Positions 57,762 to 64,000 of a stretch of DNA of 64,000 nucleotides are shown piece after piece. The first letter of the stretch is position 1. Every line of letters begins with the position of its first letter. Origin of the DNA: Raillietiella orientalis (taxonomy: Eukaryota); contig JAYWIR010000013.1 of assembly GCA_036172245.1 (NCBI GenBank), positions 868,001 to 932,000 of the forward strand, in the 5' to 3' direction. The notes beneath the pieces are model-generated. The model was not told where the DNA came from, did no database searches, and was given only the letters and a program-made list of their open reading frames with translations. Position numbers and translations under genes: made by a program.

Positions 57762-58531
57762 TAAGTACTCAAGAAATGCTCGCCTAGGGTCTCACGAAGC
57801 TCTTTAACACTGTCCAAGCCATCCGAGGGTGCGTGCAGTAACTCTCCAAGTTATAGGGAGCAACGCCCGAGAAGAATCCAGGAAGGGTCCCGGAGGAAGG
57901 AGTCCGTTCCTCTTGCGCTTGGGAGGGAACCCCGTGACTCCCTCTGAGTCGAAGAGAACCCTCCACTCTGGTTGTGTCCCAAGGGAACCCCGAAGGGAAA
58001 CTCTTTCCTTTTTCGCTTTCGGGAAAATGAGGAAGGAGAGAGTCACTCCTCATTTCTTGTGCGGAGGGAGGGAACCCGCAAGGGAACTGCTCCCTGCTTC
58101 CTCCTCCTCCGAAGAGAATCCCGAAGGGACGCTTCCCGGTTTCCCTGAAGGGAGGACGCTCTTCTTCGCAGTCTGGAGAGGCGGCATCCATCCACGAGCT
58201 GCACGGTAGGAGATGGAGTGCCTCCCCTGAAGGGGGACGGGACGTCTCCATGTTCACAACTGGAGAAGAGAACCCCCAAGGGCTCCTCGAGTCGTGGAAG
58301 GACCCCGGAGGATTGACTTGCAATGCCGGCCAGTCATCGGGGGGCATCCGGTTTCCACGAGCGCCGCACCCGGAGCCTCCATGGTCAGCCAGAGTCATCT
58401 TGCGGGGAGATCTGGAAGCCATGACGCACCTCCCATTTCTCCGGTGTCGGTCCTTCCCCGGGCGGGATTCGAACCCGCGACGCTTGGTAGTGCCACGCGT
58501 GGAGAGCCCGCAGCCACGCGACCACCAACGC
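57762..58531 (-). repeat. Dispersed repeat with tRNA-like head (SINE-like), copy 2
   Basis: The minus strand reads gcgttggtggtcgcgtgg (A-box-like)...gcgggttcgaatcccgcccggggaagg, with the B-box at 58464-58475. Homologous to 15548-16048. Confidence 0.65.
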
Positions 58532-59322
58532 GGGCCAACGAATTCGCAAGCGGACAGCGGGCAAGCAGAGCAGCTCGTTTGAGACTGCTGCCACTTGGCT
58601 GCGAGCTTTCGTTTCGCTACGCCTCCTGTCGGTAAATGTGGGGTCATGTCGACAATCGGGTTGTTGATGCTCTTGGAAAGAAAGGACTCCAAGTGGTGTT
58701 CCACCGCGTACCTTTCCATCCTTTCCTTCTTTTCTTTTTTTGTTCGATCTCTTCTTCTTTCCCCGACCGGAATCGTAAGTCCCGCTCCCTGTGAAAGCGG
58801 GCAAGCAAACCTGAGCGTTCCCCATTCTCAAGGATGCTTTCCCCCATCCAGTTCTCTCGGAATACGACGCGCGCTGATGGAGGGTTATCGGAAATGGGAG
58901 TGCTGGAGAGCCCTTTGGGAACGAACTGCCCCCTGACCCTCCTCCCCCTTCCGCAAAAAGAGGGGCCCAGCTGGAAAGGCAAGCTCAGAGGGCCTCCCCG
59001 CTGCGACCTCCGGGCGCGCGCGTCTTCCACGCGCCCTGAGGTTCTGCGCCGCTTTCCCTTGCGACCGTCGCACCGCCTTTCAATCGCGGGACTCTTCTAA
59101 CGATAAGAAGGGTGGCTGGAGCAGCTTGGCGAGGGGATTAGCCCCAGCGGTCGTTCCGGCGTACTTCCCAGGAAATTCTCAATCCCTCGATTCAGGTTTC
59201 CTCGAAGAGCTTTCGGCGCGGCTTTGGTTTCTATCTCAACCTCCCTGCGTCTTGCCCGAAGTTCCTTGGCTTCCGAATCGGTGGCTTCATTCGACGCCCC
59301 CTTTGACCCTAACGGTGGGGAT

Positions 59323-59352
59323 GAGGAGGAGGAGGAGGAGGAGGAGGAGGAG
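59323..59352 (+). repeat. (GAG)n microsatellite
   Basis: About 10 tandem gag units. Confidence 0.9.
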
Positions 59353-59399
59353 GGGGGAACGGTGGCTCTCCGCGCACGCATGATCCTGAGATGCTGAGG

Positions 59400-60400
59400 T
59401 CCAATCCCTGTTCCTCATCGCGCTCCCTCCTGGCTACGACGTTCGGGAGAGTCCGAAGGTGTTGCTGGAACCCTGAGAGGCTCAGGTGTTCCGCTCGGGA
59501 TCGAAGTCTTGTTCCCAGTTGCGGCGTTTCCTTCGCCGCGTCGGGATGTCGGGAATGCCGGGTTCCTCGGAGCTCAGCAAAGTCGTTCACAAGTACTGCC
59601 TGCGGACGACTGCCAGCAACAGGGACCTGCGAAGATTCCCTGGAAACAAAGAGACGGGAGCCACCCCTGGCCCAATCGGACGGCCAAGTGAATGTGGCAC
59701 CCCTGTCGCTGTGTCCTCCTCGGGCGTGACTCCAGGCCGCTATGATCCCGGGTAGGCAGCAGAGGGCTGCTGGCAGGTTGCCTGCCGAAAGGCGTCGCGA
59801 ACGAGGAGGAGCCGTAAAGCGTCCCTAGAGTTGCCACTGGAGGTTCCTAGGGTCGCGACAAGGCGTTCCCAAAGGTGCCGGAGAGCAACCCAATCCACAA
59901 GCACATGCCAAAGGGATTCCTGCTTCTTGCACCTGCCATTAGTTTGGGTCGACACCCCTCCCTGTGTGCAGTGATTTCGGCAGGCGTTGCACGGGAGCCT
60001 CCCGTGCAGCAGCAGTAGCGCCAAATCCTGCCAATTCAAGGGGAGGCTGCGGGTGTCCATGAGCACCGGGGACCACTGCAGATCCTCTGGAGTACCCAGC
60101 AGCACGCTCCAGTGCAAAAGCCCATGAGGTGGGTCACTCGGGGTCTCAGAGTTCGAATCGTCCACGCATACAGTCCTCTTCTCCTTTCGGAGATTTCCAC
60201 ACGAACCTCCCATCTAGCCTCAAGGTTCCTGCCCATACTTTCCCTCAGAGAGGGAACCGCTAAGGCAAGGGGCGAAGGGTACATGGAGGGACACGGCGGA
60301 GGCGGCCGCTGTATCCAAGCTGGCCGCAGGAGCCGGAAAAGTGATGGGAAGAGGAAGGATCGGCTTGGCACAAACGGCAAAAGGATTCCCCTCGCAACCC
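59400..60400 (-). mobile_element. L1/Tx1-like LINE 3' ORF relic, copy B
   Basis: GLLHWSVLLGTP..LPLNWQDLALLLLHGRLPC..CKKQESLWHVLVD..LWERL follows the zf-RVT pattern. Confidence 0.7.
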
Positions 60401-60517
60401 TGCAAGACTTTGTCGCAAACCGTTTGGAGAAGATCTTCCCCCTTAGATCTGTTCGAAATCAATTCGGCAAAGATATGGATGATCTCGTGGATTTCCTTTT
60501 TTTTTTTTGTAGTAGTT

Positions 60518-60557
60518 AGCCACTGCTACTAAGACTACTGTCTTAGTAGCAGTGGCT
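60518..60557. repeat. Perfect palindrome, 18-bp arms, 4-nt spacer
   Basis: agccactgctactaagac-tact-gtcttagtagcagtggct. Confidence 0.95.
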
Positions 60558-62299
60558 GCAGAGAAGATCGCATTCGTTTGAGTGGATTGCGAAATGCGGC
60601 TTGGTGAGAACACTTCGTGTATGTATATGTGTGTATATGTTTATTTCTTTTTCCCTTTCGCGCTCTTCATCCACAGCTCCCCCATCACGTACCTCATCAG
60701 AGAAGTTGGTACCCTGAGAGTCTCTTAGCGTCCTGTGAGGAGTCATTTATCGGACGTCTATCAGGGGGCTCGTGGTCATCCCAGACGAGGTTCCGCCTGT
60801 GGTGGGAGAGACTTCCCAAGGAATGGTGGTTGGATCCATCTCGGCTGGCCTCGCTCCCGTGGAGGAGCCTTCCCTCTCATCGATTCCTCCTGGCAAACGC
60901 ACAGAGGATCTGCGGCACCTTCGCAACGCCTCCGATGCCACGCTTACATTGGTGGGGTGAGGTGGGGCCGCCTGATCAGGGTGGCGACCGCCCGTGGCGA
61001 TTCCGGGCTAGCGAGCGAGGCTGCCGGAGACCGGGATCGAGCCTGTCCTCAGGTGGACTGAAGAGGCTCCTGTCTTTTCGCTTCCAGGGAGTCTTCGCTC
61101 CACGCAAAAGGGACTTCTCAGGGATCGATGGGACTTCGGGGCGGCTCGCCGCAGCCGCGCCAGCTCATCGTCACGCCGGAACCCACTCGCACCCAGGGCA
61201 GTCGCCCCGGCTAATCGTGACCGGGAAGGAGACGGGATGCTGCCATCGGCGACGACCTACCCTGCCCGCCCGTGCTCTGAGGCTCGCCTGCGTTTCGCCG
61301 GCCGCTCGGAGCCGCTTCGCGAGAGAACTTCGTCCTTCCTCCCCCCACCCCGTGAACGCGGGTCCGACAAATGTCACGAGTCCTCCCCCCTACTCCCCCC
61401 CGAATGCCGCTCCGCTTCGCAGTTTCCCCGCTTCGCCGCCAGGCGCCGTCCACACGCAGCACTCCCTCACCATGCGGACTCGTGACACGGGCAGAGCATC
61501 CGGGAAAGCCGGCTCGCGCGCGCGAGGAAAGAGACCCGTATCGCACCTGGCAACCCTGCGGCCCCTCGCTTCCCTTGCTGCGCCTTTCCAGGGTCTCCTC
61601 TTCCGTCGTGATGACTCCGGGGCAGACAGCCCGCGCCTCCCAAAGAGGCGAGGCCTGCTGCTGCTTGGGGGGCGCGTGATTCCCGGAGAGAGGCCCGTCT
61701 TCCGGAGGGCACGCCGAATTCCTCAGTCCTCTCCTTCCCCTCTTTTTTTTCGCGCGGGAGAGGTCTCCGGGCTGGAAGACGCGCCTCCAATCCTCCACCA
61801 TTATCACGCACACTACAGGGAGTCAACGCTGCTCATAGAGGACTAGGGTGCCGGCGTGCTTGGAAGGGCGGAGCAGCAGCGTCGCGACGCGCCTCCATTC
61901 CTGGCGCAGTCTCCGGAACCTTCCAGGAGGAGGTGCGGTCGGATCCCCGCCGCTTCGCCAGAGGCTCACCCTCCTCGGACGCTGTGCCCGCGGGGCGTGA
62001 AGATGTCGGCGACACCAGCGCCAGCGACCGGTGCTGAGATCGGACGCTTCCCCACGACCTCCCCGACAGAAGCGAGGGAGGCGCCTCCGCGCTGCACATG
62101 AGCCAGGAGGACTACCGGCTTCCAAAAAGGGGGTGGAGGAGACGTCGTGGCCTGTGGGGGGTCCGGGAGGGAATTCCTCGGGTGGACCGCACCGATGGGC
62201 AAGCGGCGAGTTTCCAGGAGGTCGTCCAAGCCGGCGAGCGATCCCGGCGACTCCAGATGGCTCGACCTTCGCCTCGTCTTAGGGGGAGGAGGGGTGGCT

Positions 62300-64000
62300 G
62301 GGTGTGAGGGGAGGGGGAATCGCTGTGTGGGACGGAATTCCAGGGTCCCAACTGGACTGCGAAACGCCGGCACGGCACGGTTGGAAGACGCCGCCGCTCT
62401 GCGTTGTCGGGACGACAGGAGGCGCGCTCTTCCTGCACCGGGGTTTCCGGCATAGGCTCAGAGGATCTGAGTCACTGCTTCCCGTGATGCTGGCTCCGGC
62501 GCCGCCAGCACCAGCATCATGGGGAGCGGCGTCTCTTGAGGCACTCCAGGTGCGAATGGAGTTGGATTGCGGAGCCGTCCTCCCGGAGCTGCGGCGGCTG
62601 CTACTGTGCTCAGCGCTGCCATGCCAGGAGAGCACCACCAAGGACTCTCCGCACTTACTCCTCGCCCGAGGAGGACTCCCGACAGGAGCGTCGTTCCCAC
62701 GACGGATAGTTGCGATCATGCCACTGTCACAGCACGTGCCACGTGCTGTAGCACCGGGAGCAGCGGCGAAGTGAGGGCGTCGCGCAGAAAGAGGTGCTTC
62801 GAAACGTCTCTCTGGGATTGCCGTAGAGGGTTCCTCAGGTTACGCGGCAAAGACGCGTTCCCACAGGAGAAGGAGGGCAACGCAATCCAAGAGCAGGTGC
62901 GTCTCTTTCGCTGCACCTGCTGCAGTTGGGTTGGGGCTCACCTCCTTCCCCGGATCCGATGGTGTCGGCGGGCGTTGCAGGGGAGGTCCCAATGCAACGG
63001 AAGGATCGCCGACCCCTGCCACTCCAGGAGGAAGGGAAGGTGGTCTCACTGTTCCAGAACGCGGGAGGACACTTCACCTGCGCCGGGGGAACTCCTAGTG
63101 GCTCTCCCCAGCGTGGCAGTCCTTTTGGAGGGACACTCGGGGCGGCAGCATGCGCCACCTCTCCCGGTGTCCACGTGCTTGGATATTTTTTCCTGTCGTC
63201 GGTAGTGCACGTCACCTCCCTCTTTCCCGGATGGCCGCCGTCCCTTGCTTCCCGCGGGGAGGGCAGCACTGGGATGAACGACGCCCAAAGCAGATTTCTG
63301 GTGTTACCCACCATCTCCCTCAACGACTGACAGGCGTCTCTGCTGTTGCTCAAGCAGATGCGTTCTGCCTCGCTCGTGCCGTCGATTTCGCCCCAGGCGG
63401 AAACGGACGCCTGCAGCCAGGCGGTCCAGTTCGCGCGGAGAACGCAGATCCGGGGGTTCCGTCGCACCAAAGCGATCGTTCGGCCGAGTTGAGGGCCGAG
63501 ATGGGTGAAACCTCTGTCGGCAGCCACGACGACCGAAGTCAGTCGGTTGCGTTTGGTTGCCCGTTCGGCGAGGATTCTCGCCGGAGCGCGGCAAGGAGCG
63601 GTCCGTTCGCGGTGTGGACGCAAGGGCGAGTTTTCGGAACTGGCTGGAGCGCGAGAGGTGAGCAGCGGGCCGCATCCGCGCGCCCGCCTCTTCCCGGAAG
63701 AGTCGATCCCGTTCGGCGTTGCCCCGCCCCACGGTCCGCGCGTCCGGGGGACGGCGGGTCGCCTGCCGCGCCCGGGCTGCCGAGAAGTTCCCCGTGGCGA
63801 GCATTTTTCCGGGCAACCCGGGATGCGCGGCGACGGTGACGCGCGCCAGAGGGCGAGGCGGAAACTTTTCGCTGCCGTCGTCGTTCGGCGCCCCGCCGGA
63901 CACCAGGTTGAGCCTTGCTGCTTGGCGCCGCGCCAACGGCTGCCGCCGCGGTGCACGTGCTACGGGAGCCGCTCGCTGGGACGTGGAAGCGGCGGCCGTA
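62300..64000 (-). mobile_element. L1/Tx1-like LINE 3' ORF relic, copy C (runs off the window)
   Basis: A 373-aa frame homologous to copy A, then a frameshifted zinc finger CSRCSE/KETHLLLDCVALLLLWERV. Confidence 0.7.

Noticed and set aside
57166..57790. 15-bp imperfect inverted repeat pair as MITE ends
   Set aside because: The match is short and gapped, no TSD is seen, and one arm lies inside the SINE-like repeat.
58456..58531. Functional tRNA gene
   Set aside because: A B-box is present, but I could not form acceptor or anticodon stems. Treated as a tRNA-derived repeat head.
60617..61846. 409-aa + strand ORF and other long overlapping ORFs at 57.8-64 kb
   Set aside because: They are Pro/Arg/Ala-rich and open in several frames on both strands, as expected from high GC. 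No recognisable domain.

Overview
This is eukaryotic (metazoan-type) genomic DNA: an AT-rich backbone, very short spliceosomal introns (often 38-50 nt) and GC-rich islands of decayed retroelements. Four conserved genes can be rebuilt by hand: ARFGEF3/BIG3 (+, ~8.9/11.4-23.2 kb), Cu/Zn superoxide dismutase SOD1 (-, 33.5-34.1 kb, absent from the ORF track), CENP-S/MHF1 (-, 40.4-44.5 kb) and PRPS1 (+, 51.6-53.8 kb). A near-complete but disrupted RLE-type non-LTR retrotransposon (NeSL/Utopia-like; -, ~25.0-28.8 kb) is bracketed by an unusually long (~85-100 bp) direct repeat. Several mutually divergent L1/Tx1-like 3' ORF relics are almost all on the minus strand. Other notable items are a two-copy dispersed repeat with a tRNA-like B-box, four perfect 16-19 bp palindromes and a nested fold-back. 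All family assignments come from recalled motifs, not database searches, and the organism cannot be identified from this window.
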